A program made the position numbers and the translations under genes. From contig ML992515.1 of assembly GCA_010093995.1 (NCBI GenBank), forward strand, positions 301,533 to 365,532: a DNA stretch of 64,000 nt. Direction: 5' to 3'. This DNA comes from Elsinoe ampelina. Taxonomy: Eukaryota. The notes under the pieces were generated by a model that had not been told where the DNA came from, made no database searches, and saw only the letters and a list, made by a program, of their open reading frames with translations. This document shows positions 23,366 through 38,458 of this stretch, one piece after another (the stretch's first letter is position 1; each line of letters begins with the position of its first letter).

Positions 23366-26300
23366 ACTAATTAAACTACTAAGGTTATTACGTAACCTAG
23401 CCCGACGTTTACCTAGTTCTCTATCTTCTCTAGTAGCTCTACTCTAGAGACTATAGAGCGCGTAGGTTACTAGTAGACATATACTCTATACTACCCTCGG
23501 CTTTCGCTACGAAGTACATAGAGCACATAGAGTACGTAATAGAGAACATAAGTATATAGGAATAGTCCTTACCTTATATAAGTACTATAGTTAACTTTGT
23601 CTAGATAGCGAACACTAGTATTACTAAGGCTAGCCTTTATAATACTATCTAATTATACTTTATTATCTATAAGACATACCTTCTCTAACTCTTACCTTAG
23701 TGCTATACTACTATAGAAGTAGAACTATCTCGTTCTTAGCTTAGCTTAGACTACTAATATAGACTATATTTAGATAGTTCGTAACATTTTAACTACTCTT
23801 ACTATAGTATAGCACGCTACGAGGTTAATAAGTAACTCTCGCTCTAAGTTACTATTAGTATCTTTAATTACTAGTAAGCTAGGAAGACTTACTATTAACG
23901 ACATGTCTACTACTAGTTTAACCTTAGGTAAGCACTAAAGGTCTCTTAGTATAGGGGAAAAACAAGGTAAGCCTAAGTTAGAGGTAGAGCTCTTCTATAG
24001 AGACTACGCCTACTTAAGGCGCTTCCTTATTTAACTTAAGGCCTTCTTCGCTCTAGAGAGAGATAAATACGCTAATAACGTAGCAAAGGTTCTCTATACT
24101 AGGATACACCTTAAAGGCGCTACCTTCGAGTAGTTCGAGCCTTATATAAGTAGCTACCTAGATAGATAACTAAGTCTAGATACGAAAGCTATCTTTAAGA
24201 GCTTTAGTATCTTCTAAGCGAAGATTAAGTAAGTCTTTAATGTATCGGACAAAGAACGTATTACTATAACAAAGATCTAATAACTATAACAACGTAGGTC
24301 TATAGCCTAGTACTATTCCTAGTTCTAACAACTTATAATACACCTAGACTAGGATAATAGTGCTAAACATTTAGTATTCTACTAAGGACTAAGCGACTTA
24401 GTTAAAGACTAAATAATACTTAAGCTGCCTAATAGCCTCTAAGAACTAGTAGATACTATAATTACTATTAATAACTAACTTTATAAACGACATATAGAAC
24501 ATTATAGAGGATATAAAGCAAACACTAGATATACGCGTTTCTCCCGGAACTATAGAGACTCTATAGAACTTAACGCTATATACGAAGACTACCTCTTATA
24601 GGTAAAAGGCTAAGGTTATAGAGGAAAGTTCCTTAGTAGAAAAGAGAGAGAGAAGTATAGATAAGACAATTTATATTTTAAGTGTAAAAGACCTAGGCAT
24701 CGGGCTAGAGACTACTAGTAAGAGGCGCTAGCTAATAGATTATATATAATAGTTACTAGGCTAGTAGAAAAAAAGGCTAACACTACTATAGAAGACCTAA
24801 CAACCTTTAGTATAGGTAAGGAAATATAGAAGAAGTCTATAACGACTTAAGAGGCGAGAAAATTCTCTCTAGATATTACGCTTAATATCTCTATAACTAA
24901 TAATAAATAACAAAGCTAATACGTAACGCTATTATAGATAGCATATTATAATAACTCTTATTATATTTACTTATTAGAAAAGCAGGGATCTAGTTAGTTT
25001 CTATATAAGCTATCTAAGCGTAGGCAACTAACGAAATAGCTAGACTAGGAACCTAACCTAGAAGAGTTCTCTATAATTAGTAGTAAAACTAACTAACTAT
25101 AGAAGGTAGTTAGCGACAATTACTAGTATATAATTATCGAGACGAAGTATTAGAACGCAAGTGCTATATAATAATATAGTAGCCTTACCTTTAGCCCTTA
25201 TAGTAAACTATAGAGAAAGGCATATTATATGTCGCTCTAGAAATACACAAATCTAGATTACGAATAGTACTACTTTATCTACTTATACGATGTACTTAGA
25301 GAAGACACTATTAGTCTCGAATATACTATAGACTTCTTAGTAATCGAGATAGGTAGTACTATTCCCCGTAGCTAAGTATAAGAGTATACTTAGTGTAGCC
25401 TTAATAACTATAACTATACTAGGGACAGTAGCGACGTGTTATAAACTAGTAGGATAGCTAAAGCGTAGGGACGTTAGGACTAATTAAACTACTAAGGTTA
25501 TTACGTGACCTAGCCTAACGTTTACTTAGTTCTCTATCTTCTCTAGTAGCTCTACCCCGGGGACTATAGAGTATATAGGTTACTAGCGGACGTATACTCT
25601 ATATTGTCTCTAACTCTCGCTACGAAGCACATAGAGTATATAGAGTACATAGTAAAGAATATATATATATAGGAGTAGTTCTTACCTTATATAAGTACTA
25701 TAGTTAACCTTGTCTAGATAGCGAACACTAGTATTGCTAAGGCTAGCCCTTATAATACTATCTAATTGTACTTTATTATCTATAAGATATATCTTCTCTA
25801 ACTCTTACCTTAGTACTATACTACTATAGAAGTAGAACTACCTCGTTCTTAGCTTAGCTTAGACTACTAGTATAGGCTATATTTAGATAGTTTATAACAT
25901 TTTAACTACCCTTACTATAGTATAGCACGCTACGAGGTTAATAAGTAACTCTCGCTCTAAGTTACTATTAGCATCTTCGATCGCTAGTAAGCTAGGAAAG
26001 CTTACTATTAACAACATGTCTACTACTAGTTTAACCTCGGGCGAACATAGAAGGTCTCTTAGTATAGAAGGATAGAGTAGGCCTAAGTTAGAAGTAGAAC
26101 TCTTCTACGGGGACCGCGCCTACTTAAGGCACTTCCTTATTTAACTTAAAGCCTTCTTTACTCTAGAGAGAGATAAGTACGCTAACGACGTAGTAAAGGG
26201 ATATACCTTAAAGGCGCCGCCTTCGAGTGGTTCGAGCCCTATATAAGTAACTACCTAGACGGATAACTAAGCCTAGATATAAAGGCTATCTTTAAGAGCT

Positions 26301-27811
26301 TTAACATCTTTTAGGCAAAGATTAAATAAGTCTTTAATATATCTAATAAGAAGTATATCGCCGCGACGAAGATCTAATAACTATAACAACGTAGGTCTAT
26401 AGCCTAGTACTATTCCTAGTTTTAATAACTCGTAATACACCTAGACTAGAATAATAGTGCTAAACATTTAGTATTCTACTAAGGACTAAGCGACTTAGTT
26501 AAAGACTAAATGATACCTAAGCTACCTAATAGCCTCTAAGAACTAGTAGATACTACAATTACTATCGATAACTAACTTTATAAACGATATATAGAACGTT
26601 ATAGAGAATATAAGATAAACACTAGATATACGCGTTTCTCCCGAAACTATAGAGACTCTATAGAACTTAATACTATACACGAAGGCTACCCCTTATAGGT
26701 ATAAGGCCGCAGCTATAGAGGAAAGTTCCTTAGTGGAAAAGAGAGAGAGAAGTATAGACGAGACAATCTATATTTTAAGTATAAAAGACCTAGGCATTAG
26801 GCTAGGAACTACCGGTAAGGGGCGCTAGCCGATAGATTACATATAATAGTTGCCGGGCTAGTAGAAAAAAAGGCTAATACTACTATAGAAGACCTAATAA
26901 CCTTTAGCGTAGGCAAGGAAATATAGAAGAAGTCTACGATAACTTAAGAGATAGTAGAATCCTCTCTAGATATTATACTTAATATTTCTACAACCGATAG
27001 TAAATAATAAAGCTAACACGCGACACTATTATAGATAGTATATTATAATAACTCTTGTTATATTTACTTATTAGACAAGTAGGGATCTAGTTAGTTCCTA
27101 TATAAGCTATCTAAGCGTAGGCAACTAACGAAATAGCTAGACTAGGAACCTAACTTAGAAGGGCTCTCTATAATTAGTAGTAATAGTAACTAACCTTAGA
27201 AGGTAGTTAGCGACAATTACTAATATACGATTATCGAGACGAAGTATTAGGACGTAAGTGCTATATAATAATATAGTAGCCTTACCTTTAGCCCTTATAG
27301 CGCACTATAAGGAAAGGTATATTATATATCGCTCTAGAAATATATAAATCTAGATTGTAAATAGTACTATACTATCTACTTACACGACGTACTTAGAGAA
27401 GACGCTATTAGTCTCGAATATACTATAGACTTCTTAGTAATCGAAATAGATAGTACTATCCCCTATAGCTAAGTAAAAGAATGTACTTAGTGTAGCCTTA
27501 CTAACTATAACTATACTAGGGGCAGTAGCGACAAAGAGGAATATAACGAAGAATACACCGAATAACTATAATATAATAACATAGATAAGGACTTATCTAA
27601 CAACGACGACGACGACAACGACGTGCCACTACCGGGCAGACGACTTAAAGCATACCTTATAGGGATATAGAGGAATTATATAATAATATACACCTACTAC
27701 TAGAATAGGACATAATAAGACAAATCTACATAACTTGTTTTTGTCTTTAATACTAATACCTAGCTATACCCGGAAGAAATAGTTATACTAATACAGGTAT
27801 ATAATACTACT

Positions 27812-30800
27812 TATTAAGAATATAGCTCTCTCTAGATAGTTAGGCTAGGAAGTTACATAACCTATAGTTATATAATGCTAAGGCCTAGGGATTTATAAGC
27901 TGTTCTTTCTTCTAGTAGATAGACTCTTTAATTAATTAACTCGTCTATTACCTAACTAGTGTGCGGATTAGTTCTATATAATACTCTACCTCTAAACGTA
28001 CCTTCTGCTTAACAGGTTATAAGCCCGGAGCTTATAGCACTAGTATAGAATTATATGTAAAGTAGTTAAGTATCTACTTTATTAAAATTAGGCCGGATTC
28101 TCTAGTATACTCCTCCGTATCCCCTTTGTTATCCGATCCTAGACAGATTAGTAGAGGCGGTGTAAAGCGTAAAAGACTAGTTACTTAGTGCATTAAGCAA
28201 GGACTCCCTAACGTAGTCTAGCACAGGTTTCAACTCTATAAATGCACAACAGCTGCCGTTTATTAGCTGTTATTAACTAACTAAACGACACCTCCGACAA
28301 AACCTTTTCTCTCTAAGGCTAAGCTAGCCTTATTAACAAAACAATAATCTTAAAGGTTATCTATTAAAAGGAACCTAACCTTTATCTATTTATTTAAATT
28401 TTCTTCTCTCCTAGAACTTATCCTTAACTATAGAGGACAACAATACCTAATTAAGGCAGCTAGTGCTAACACTCTTAAAGGACAACTATAAGAAGTAGTT
28501 CTAATAGATAGAGCTCTAGCTAGTATCTAAGAAGGTGTTATAGACCCTTACTTCCCTTACTAAACCACTAGTAATAACTCTAGGGTTATTATTAGCTTCC
28601 TTATTCGACTCCTAGCACTCTCCTTAGTTAGTAGAGAAGAATAGTGCTGCCCTTTACTAGATCTATAGATATATCTTAGAAAGAGATTAAGAGATAATTT
28701 AGGAATAGTAGTAGGCTAAACTAGCTTAGGAGAAGCTAAAGAGTAAGTATACAAAGTAGACAGGTATATAGGCAAGACAATTATAGAGAGAGTTTGTTAT
28801 ATACACTATAAGTGATAAGACAACTATCTTAGAAGCCTAGTTATACCTAACTATATTAGGAAGGAGAATTAATAGATCTTTACAGGTTAAGTAATACTCT
28901 ACACTAACGACAAGAATCTAAACTCTGCTTACTACTCTTCTAGCTTTATAGTTATCTACAAGGGATGCTCTAGATACTTAGCTACACCTTAGTGTAGATA
29001 AGATCTATAATATCCTTAAGGAAAAGGAAGCCTAGAAGGGAGAAGGGGAATCTACTATATTTATAAGAGGTAGACCACAAGGAACTAGTAGGAGTTTAAC
29101 TTACATATATATCTTATGTAAGGAACCTAGACACTCTATATCTAGGTGCCCTTATCTCTAATAAGCTAAGAAGCATGTCCCCTCCTATAGGGTTACTAAA
29201 AGAGCTAGTCCTATAAGGAGACAGTTACCTAAACGCTAGGAGCTACTTAAACTTGTAAGAAAGCTTACTAAGAGGATAGATTCTCTAGAAGCAGCTAAGT
29301 TAAAGAGGAAAGGCAAAGCCTATCTAGCTACTAAAGGAGGATCACTATTAACATCTCTATCTCTACTACTAGAAGTTCTTTCTAGTACTAAAGAGCTTAA
29401 GACTACAGGTTCTACATTAGAGGTTTAAGGTAAGCTTCTACACTATTAGTAGATGCTTAACTCTAGAGCATCTAACTATATAATAGACAAGCTAACCCTC
29501 TTTAGGGGCCTATTAAGTAAGATACGCACTCGATAGATCTAGGTTAGGGGGGGTTACCTTTAGTTATAGTTAATAGGAACCGCTATTATTAAGACTAAGA
29601 AGGGAGATAAGATAAAGATATAGGCTCTTTATATACCTAATCTTAGTATTAATTTAGTCTTCTATTGTAAGCTATGTATAGATTTAGGAGTTTCTAGAGT
29701 TCTTAATTCAAATTCTTTTCTTGTCCTTAATTTATAGAAGTATCTACTACTTAAAGCCAGAATTCGAGCGGGGGTATATATTATCTAATCCCTCTTTAAG
29801 TAGTAAGCTAATCAAAAGCTGCATTCTAGATCTAAGCCTAGCTTAATTCTAGATCTAGCTAATTAGGACATAGCATTCCTTACTACTTAGCTAGTAATTA
29901 TATTACACACTAAGTACGTATATCTAACCTAGGATAAGTAATATAAGGATCTTATTAATTTAAGATCTAACAACTCTAAGACAGAGTACTAACTCTAGTA
30001 TAGGAGATTTGCTCACCTTAGAATTAAGAAGCTAAGGGATCTTTATAAGGTTATAACCCTTAAGAAGCCTATTAACTTAAACTATAATCTGTCGATCCTA
30101 TATAAGGTCTATTCCCTTACTAAAATAAGGAACAGAAGAGGCAAAACCTTATAGAGAAGACTAGAGGTTCTTTAGCTTGTCTATACTAATATCTATAGCC
30201 TAATTAAAGTAAGCAGGGAAGGGTTTAGATACTTCCTTAAGCTTATAGATAGCTATTTAAGGATGACATAGATTATACTACTTAAGATAAGAGATAAAGC
30301 CCTATAAAGGCTTATTAAGTAGAAGCTAAGGGTTAAGAAAGAGAGTAATACGAAGGTTAAGGTTACTAGGTTAGACAATGCTAGTAAGCTTAATAAGATC
30401 CTAAAGTAGTAGGAGCGCTAAGAAGGCATCTATTATATAACTACTAAGCTATATAATTCAATTTAGAATAGACTAGTAGAGAAAGGCATCTAAACCTTAG
30501 AGAATAGCATAAGAGCAATGCTTAAGGACTTAAAGATGCTAAATAAGTTCTAGCCTAAAGTAGTTTAGGTAGATACATATCTAAGGAACAGGACAGTAAC
30601 TAGACCTAAGATTAATAGTGAACAAGTTACACTAATTAAAGCCTATATAGGCATTAAGCTATTAGTTAATCATATTAGAGTCTAGGGCTATAAGGTATAT
30701 ACTTACATAAACCTAAAGTCCCTTCCTATATATAGAAGAAAAGACAAGCTTATAGATAGAGGAAGAGTAGGAGTATTTATTAGCTATATAGATAGAACTA

Positions 30801-33800
30801 ATAGGATGTACAAGATATAGGCACCTAATAGGAAGTTAGTAATTATGTCACTAAATATTAAGTTCTCTAAATTTAAGAAAGGTAGTAATATTAATCTTAG
30901 TATTAAGATTAACACTACGAGCAATTAGGCACCTATTAGGAGACTAGTTAGGAGACTAACCTAGATTCGAGCCCTACTTAATTCTAGGATAGACTAATTA
31001 AATTAGCCTATTTAGTAAGAAGCGCCTATAAGGAGAATCTTCTTATATATTAAGATCCTAAGGGTTAACCCTGTTAACTTTATAGATTTCTATCGTAGAG
31101 AAGAGCTAATAGTATAATCTAGACTATATAATTAAGTAGGCTAATCACTTAAGAGATTAAGAGATAAAGGGTCTAATAATAAAGAGCCTAAGGCTAAGTA
31201 TTATAGAGCGTTTATCGCTAAGTATATTAACTAGCAAGATAAAGATAATAAGATTACTATAATAGCCTCTGTTAAGTAATATGTCCTAATCCTAAGGGAC
31301 TATTATAAGGCTATTACTAATCTAATATAGGGAAGCAAGTGGCAGGAAGCAATTAATGCTAAGCTAAATACTCTAGGATTAAATAACACATAGAAAGAGG
31401 TTATTCCCCTAAAGGGATCTAACTTAGTAACATCTAAGTAGGTCTTTAATGTTAAGTATAACATAGATAGCTCTATTAAGAAGTTTAAAGCTAGACTTAT
31501 TACTAGAGGCTTCTTATAGAAGTATAGCATTAACTATAAAGACATATTTATACTAACAGTTAGAGTAGATACACTAAGATTGTTCTTTACTATCGTATAT
31601 ATACTTAACCTTAAGTGTTACTAGGTAGATGTTAATAATGCCTTTATAGAATTATTCCTTAGAGAGGTGATTTATATAAGGCTACTACCTAGACTTAAGG
31701 TCTAACCTAGTATTGCCTTCCGGATTCTTAGGAGCTTATATAGACTTAAGCAAGCTACTAGAGATTAGAATTAGCACTACATCTCTAAGCTCTTAAAGCT
31801 AGGCTTTACTTAGAGCAAAGTAGACCCCTGTCTTCTTATATACTATAACAAGAAGATTATTCTCTTAGTTTATGTTAATAACATACTATTTATAGCACAA
31901 AGCAAAGAGAACATCCGGTAGTTTAAGCAAGAGCTTAGTAGAACCTTTAAGATTAAGAATCTTAGTAAGGTTAGTAAAGTTCTTAGTATTAAAGTTACAA
32001 GGGACAGACAATAAGGAACCTTAAGGCTTAACTAAACCTACTATATAGATAATGTACTATAGAGGCTTAATATAACCTCTAACAAGGCTACTCTAACAAA
32101 GTAGCTAATAGACAATAAGCTTCCTTAGAGAGCTTAGACTAAAGATATAAGGTTTAGTAGAACTAAGTACTTATATGCTATTAGAAGCTAGATGTACCTT
32201 AGCACCCTAACAAGGCTAGATACTACCTTTGCCTTAGGAAGGCTTAGTTAGTTCATAGTAGATCTAATAGACAGCTATACTATCAAGATAAAGAAGATGT
32301 TAAGGTACATTAGATTAACTAGAGATCTAGGCATTATATTTAGAAGGAATAGCAATAAGACTCTTAAGGGATATTCTAATTCAGATTATACCTTAGATAA
32401 GACAGATAGAGTCTCTATCCTTAGATATATCTTTATTCTTGTAGGTGGTCCTATTAGCTAGATAAGTAGGAAGTAGAAGTCTGTTTTAACCTCTACTATA
32501 GAGGCTAAATATATAGCAATATACTCTTGTGCAAAGAGATTACAGTTCCTATCTTAGTTACTAAGAGATATAGGCTGTTATAAGATAGTTAGTTAGTTAC
32601 CTTAGAAACTAACTATAAAGGAGTCTTAGAAAGTAATAATAAGATCACCCTTTACTACTAAGATTAATAGTAATAATTAAGTAGCTCTTTCACTTATAAA
32701 GGAGCTATATACTTATAAAAGGGCAAAGCATATTAATATTGCTTACTACTACGTTAGGAGGCTATAGAGGGACTAGAGGATATAGGTTAAGTTTATAAGG
32801 ACAGTAGATATAGTTACTAATAGATTAACTAAGCCGTTATAAGGTTAGAACTTTACAAGATTTGTAAAGCAACTTAGCTTGTCATTAATCTAATAGCTTA
32901 TCTATAGGAGCTAAGTAGGAGTGTTAAGAATATAGCTCTCTCTAGATAGTTAGGCTAGGAAGTTACATAACCTATAGTTATTATTAACTTGTGTATAGGG
33001 AGGGAAAGAGATTTATTACTACCTAATCTACCTAAATTAAGTAGATTATAACTACATATATACTTAACCTAATAAACTAAGAGATAGCTAAATTAGAAGA
33101 ACTCCTTAATAGTAACAGAATAAGACAATAACTGTCTAAATTAATTATAAATTAGTGTAACTATTAATAAGTGCTTAGTTTAACCTTAGTTGCACTAAAT
33201 TAGGGTCCTTCTTAGCACTATAGCTCTTGCTAAGGTTAACACACCCCTTTACTAAATAGCTATAAGTCTATTATAGCTAGTTAGTAGACTACTAACTCGA
33301 GGGATAGCTATTATAAGAAGACCTTATACCTCCCTAGAGGAAGTGACTTAGTAAGTCTATCTACTAGTGTATCTACTAAGGGAGTCTAGTCTATAGAGAT
33401 AGGGCCTCCTAGAGTGATCTCTTACCTTAGCTAGTAATAGTAGATATCTACATAGCGTAGACGTGTGTTAAGCTTCTTAATTAGATTAGTAATAAGGCTA
33501 ATAGTTTGCTAGTTGTCACACTAAATACTAACATTCCTTAGTAGATAGATAGCGGCTATTAGCCTCCTCTACTACATAGCTTACTTAGTAGTCTCTATAA
33601 GAGTAAGTAGTTTAGCCTCTATACTAGAAGTAGTGATAGTTAGCTACTTTATAGCCTTCTAATCTATAGAGCCTTAGAACAGCTTAAATAGATACCCCTA
33701 AAGGCTCTTCCTTAAAGAGTAACTTCTAAAGCTAGCATCTAATAAGGCTTAGAAGATTAGTAGTAGTATTAAGCTATTAAAGGTAAGGGCTAGATCTCTA

Positions 33801-36800
33801 GTCTTATAGAGATACTAGATCACTCTATTCGCTAGCCTTTAGTATGTTAGTAAAGGATTTGTTAGATACTCTAACAATCTAGAAGTAGCAAAGGCAATAT
33901 TAGGCCTAGTAATAACAGCTGCAAAATTAATAGATCCTATCTTCTACTAATATAGATAGATCTCCTATAGTAATACTTAGCCTTTAGAGGGCTAGAGCAT
34001 TTTAACTAGAAGTAGTAATAAGACTAGCCTTATTAGTTCTATAATGAACTTGCTATACATCTACTAGATATACTAAGCTTAACTAAGCTATAGCTTCTTA
34101 GTTAGCCTATCCCTTATAATCTAGATAGCTAGGAACTAGCTTAGATTCCCTAGAACCTTTATCTTATACTTAGCACATAGGGCTACAATAATAGTATTAG
34201 CCTTGCCCTTATGCTTCTTAAGGTACATAATAGTGATATTATCCACAAAGAAGAAGATTATTACCTTAGGGGTTAGCTAGAGGCATAGAGCCTTAGAGGC
34301 CTAAGTAAATCTAAGATTCTTTAGTATAGTAGTGAATTCTGCATACTAGAGAGCTAGTGCTTGTTTAAGGCTATAGAGTGCCTTCTTTAGTAGGAGGATT
34401 GCATTAGATAATGCTATACTAGGACAGTCCTTTATAAGCACCTCTAGTATAAGCTTAAATCTAGGTAGGATAGTGTAGTAGGTTGTCTTATTAATAGGAC
34501 TATTAACATAAGCATTAATAACATCTATCTAGATAGCCTCTATATCCTTATAAGCAAGGAGAGCTATAAGCATTTTAAAAATCTTAGTAGCTAATGTAGC
34601 TATATAAGTCTCTAAATCTATAGATTAAAGATTACCCCTTATATAAAGCCTTGCCTTGTGTTTAATAACTTCTCCTTTATTATTAGTCTTATATATAAAG
34701 ACCTAAGTTAGTAGCACTAGCTTCCCTATAGCTTAAGATATAAGTATAATAGTCTAAGTATCTTTTAAATAGAGGGTAAGCAATTCTACCTTTATTGCTT
34801 GTTAGAATTGCTCCCTATAAGGATAAGCTTATAGCTCCCTAATGTTAGCTAGTAGTAGAGGTAGATTATCTCTTAGTTCTAGCTTTAGCTAGATTAGCTT
34901 CATTAATAGATAAGCATTAAAAGCTTAATAATATCTAGGAGCCTCCTAAGGCTATATAAGACTAGTAATATAGGCCTACCTTCTTAGTTTCCTAGTCCTT
35001 CTTATAGTAAGGATATACTTAGGCAATAGGTTAGCTAACCTTATAGTAATCCTTCTTCTAGGCTATTTAGGCTCCTTAGTTACCCCTTTAGCTAGGGCTT
35101 CTACCTTACTCCTTATAGTTTTAGCTTTAGATAGAGGTAAAGGCTATATAGCTATTAAGGGTAGAGAGGCTAGAGTATTATAGAACTGTTCTAGTGATAT
35201 AGCCTCCTAGATCTAAGCCGGGTTTAGCTCTAGGGTCTATAACTATAATAGTAGACTATAATTATCTAGTAGAGGTAATAGAGCCTATTAAGCCTGTAAC
35301 TATAATAATAAACTATAATTATTTAGTTCCTTAGTTAGAATCTGCTAAACTAGATTCTAAACTAGATGCTAAACTAGATGCTAAACTAGATTCTATAGTA
35401 TAGATAGGCCTTTAGTTACCCTTTCAGTTTGAGGTATATTCTCCTTAACTTCCTATAGTAGTCTTAGTAGATTAAGTAGTCTAATAGGCTAAGGCTAAGG
35501 CTGCTCCTCTAGCTTGTAGAACTAAGTCTTATTAAATCTAATATCCCTAGTTCTAATGACCTTCTTTAAGGCTAGTATAAAGATCCTAAATATGTTAGTT
35601 AAGTTATATCTAACTAGATAACTAATATGTGCTCTTAGTGTAAGCTTATTACTACTTATGACAAAATAATCTAGGGTATAAGCCTTGCATCTAAGTAGTC
35701 TAAGATAGGATATAGATAGAGGGCATCTATAAACTAGCTTAAAGAGAGTCTTCTAGTTAAGCTTCTTAAGTGGAGTTCTATTTATTAGATAGGCTACTAA
35801 TCTATATAGTTTAGAGTGTAGTTCCCTTAGAAGATTAGTAAAGATAGCTACTGCCCTTGCTCTCCTTAATAGCATAGACCCTATCCTTTTACTATAACTA
35901 TTCTATGCTAGAGTATATAGAGTAGATAGCTCTCTTTAGATACCTTTACTATCTAGGAAGATAGTAAATCTAAGGCTAAAGGCCCCTTTATTGTCACTCC
36001 TAACGAATCTAACCTTAAAGCTAAGATTGCTTTTAATATAAGTAATTATCTTAATATAGATTTTATTAATCTTATATCTATAAGCATAACTGCTTATAAG
36101 GTAATAGTTAGTGGCCCTACAGGCAAAATAGCTTATATACCTTGCCTTATTATAGCTAGTAAACCTGTTAATAATAATGTTAAAGGTGATCCTTTTAAAG
36201 GGCTTAGTTATAACAATCTTAGTGTTAGGGCTCCTTAAGATAAGCTTCTAAGCATTTAATAGCTTACAAGTCTAATATAGTGACCTAAGATAAATTAGTT
36301 AATACGAGTTAGACTTAGTTAAAGTTAGTTCACCACTAACTGTAGCAGTTAGGAGGTAATTAATAGACTCTATACTTAGATAGCCTATAACTTTATACTA
36401 GGATTAATTAGTCCTTGTTATAACTAAGGTAAATACTAATAGATAAGGACCTCTAGTGCCTCCTATAGCTATAGTAACAGTATAAGGAGCTTTAGAGTTA
36501 TCCTCTACTATATATTAATTATGCTTTAGAGTTACTAAGAAGAGTACCCTCCCTTTATGATTAATCTCTATAGTTTAAGTATTCTAGTAGACTCCACCCT
36601 TTAGGAACCTCCTAAGGCTAACTAGATTAGTTATTATTAATGGCACATAAGCCACCTATGTGAGTTAGATAGTTACTAGCTTTCCCCTATAGATCGCTAT
36701 AATAGTAATCGATCCTTAACTCTTAATAGTAAGTAAGGTATTACTATAGAACATTTGCTTATAAAGTTCTATAAGTCTAGTAACCTTATATCTATCCTTT

Positions 36801-38458
36801 ATAGTGTAATTACAGATGTAATTAGTTGCTCTAGAATCTAGAATCTATAAACTTAAGATGTTACTAGTGGCTAAGATAAATACTAAGTGTAATCCAACAG
36901 TTATAGCTGTGTTAATTAGCACTAGTAGGGATAACCCCTTATAAAGGTAAGCCTCCTTAGTAAGGATAGCTTTAACCTTCTCCCTTAAGGCCTTATTATT
37001 AAGCCTTTGCTTAACCTCCTTAAGAGTTTATTAGTTTAGTAACTATCCTTCTAGCCTTAGATGCTTATTTAAGTAATAGCACTTGCTCTACTTATGCCGC
37101 TTCTAGTACACACATCTAGGCTCCCTAGTAGGACTAGGCTTCTCTTATAAGGAGTCCTTAGTAGCTACAGGGAATGCTATTACTCCCTTGCTAGCCTTTA
37201 TGCTACTATATAGCTTATAAAGTTTATAAAACTGTCTAAACTTAGTAATTAACTCGAGCATTAATAGCAGGGTTAGTAAATCTAGATCAATAAGATATTT
37301 GTTAGCAAATGCTAGTTTAGTCCTTAAGATAGAGAGCAAGAAGTCTCTCTATAGCCTTAAGCCTTAAGCTTCTAGTAGGTTGTAATTCCTAGCCTTATCT
37401 ATAACCTCTTCCTATTACTAAAGCTAATAGTCTATATTCTGTAATAATAGACTAGAGAGTTGTCTCCTCTAGAGAGCTTTAACTTCTAGCTAGATTATAG
37501 CATTAGATAGTGCAAATCTGTTCTTTAATGCTCTAAGGATAGCCTATAGATAGGGATCTCCCTCTAGTTAGATAACTATAAGAACTTATAGTGCAATTAA
37601 TAACTGAATAAGGCTAGCTAGATCTGCTAAGGCCTTATGCTGTTTGTTATGCTAAGCTTACTCCTCCTTGTATATCTAAAAGAGTACTAAGAAGTTAGAA
37701 TCTAATATATCTAGCCTCTAAGGCTTAGGGAGCCCTTCTAGCTTAACTATCTCCTAGGGATTAACAATGTGCTAGATCTTAGTGTTTAAAGCTCTAGTCT
37801 TAATAATATATAGCTAGCTAGCCTATTCAGCTAATGTAGCAAGAATAATAGGTGTTCTAGCTGTTAATATATTAGTATCTATAGTTGTTTATCTCTTTAT
37901 TAACACCTAAATCCTGTAGTTGTAGTTAAGGCAGTTCTTAACAGATTCTAATGCTTAAAAAGCGAGATAATAGAGAATTAACTAATAGATAGAATAGGAA
38001 GACAACTAAATACACTACTTATGCAGGGGTAGTTATACCGGGCTTATAACTGTTAACTTATATGTAGGGACGGAAAGAGATTTATTACTGCCTAATCTAC
38101 CTAAATTAGGTGGATTGTAACTACATATATACTTAACCTAATAAACTAAGAGATAGCTAAATTAGAAGAACTCCTTAATAGTAACAGAATAAGACAATAA
38201 CTGTCTAAATTGATTATGAATTAGTGTAACTATTAATAAGTACTTAGTTTAACCTTAGTTGCACTAAATTAGAGTCCTTCTTAGCACTATAGCTCTTACC
38301 GAGGTTGATAGTCATGTAATGCTAAGGCCTAGGGATTTATAAGCTGTTCTTTCTTCTAGTAGATAGACTCTTCAATTAATTAACTCGTCTATTACCTAAC
38401 TAGTGTGCGGATTAGTTCTATATAATACTCTACCCCTAAACGTGCCTTCCGCTTAACA
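27812..38458 (+). mobile_element. Ty1/Copia element 1 (5' LTR 27812-28014; 3' LTR split 32922-32981 + 38316-38458), inserted in Gypsy-A copy 2
   Basis: TSD ctact (27807-27811 / 38459-38463). PBS ggttataagcccgg after 5' LTR. De-RIP motifs WMLDSGASDH ~29450, KWVF ~31436, KARL(V)ARGF ~31488, YV(DD) ~31871, (A)DGLTK ~32815, in protease-integrase-RT-RNase H order. Confidence 0.92.
32982..38310 (-). mobile_element. Ty1/Copia element 2 (5' LTR 38310-38051, 3' LTR 33241-32982, 260 bp each), inserted into the 3' LTR of Copia-1
   Basis: TSD gttat (32977-32981) / gtcat (38311-38315). On the minus strand: PBS gttataagcccgg next to 38051, PPT aaagggggtg next to 33241, WILDSGA relic ~36830, RT FFFVD(D) ~34240. 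Confidence 0.92.

Noticed and set aside
22474..23370. 298-aa ORF in the track
   Set aside because: Artefact of translating the N gap.
35343..35396. 12-bp tandem repeat (tgctaaactaga)
   Set aside because: Low-complexity linker between Copia-2 integrase and RT; no spacers, not CRISPR-like.
31303..37339. Two short minus-strand ORFs in the AT-rich block (31303-31530, 37145-37339)
   Set aside because: Chance stop-free pieces of RIPed Copia sequence, not functional genes.
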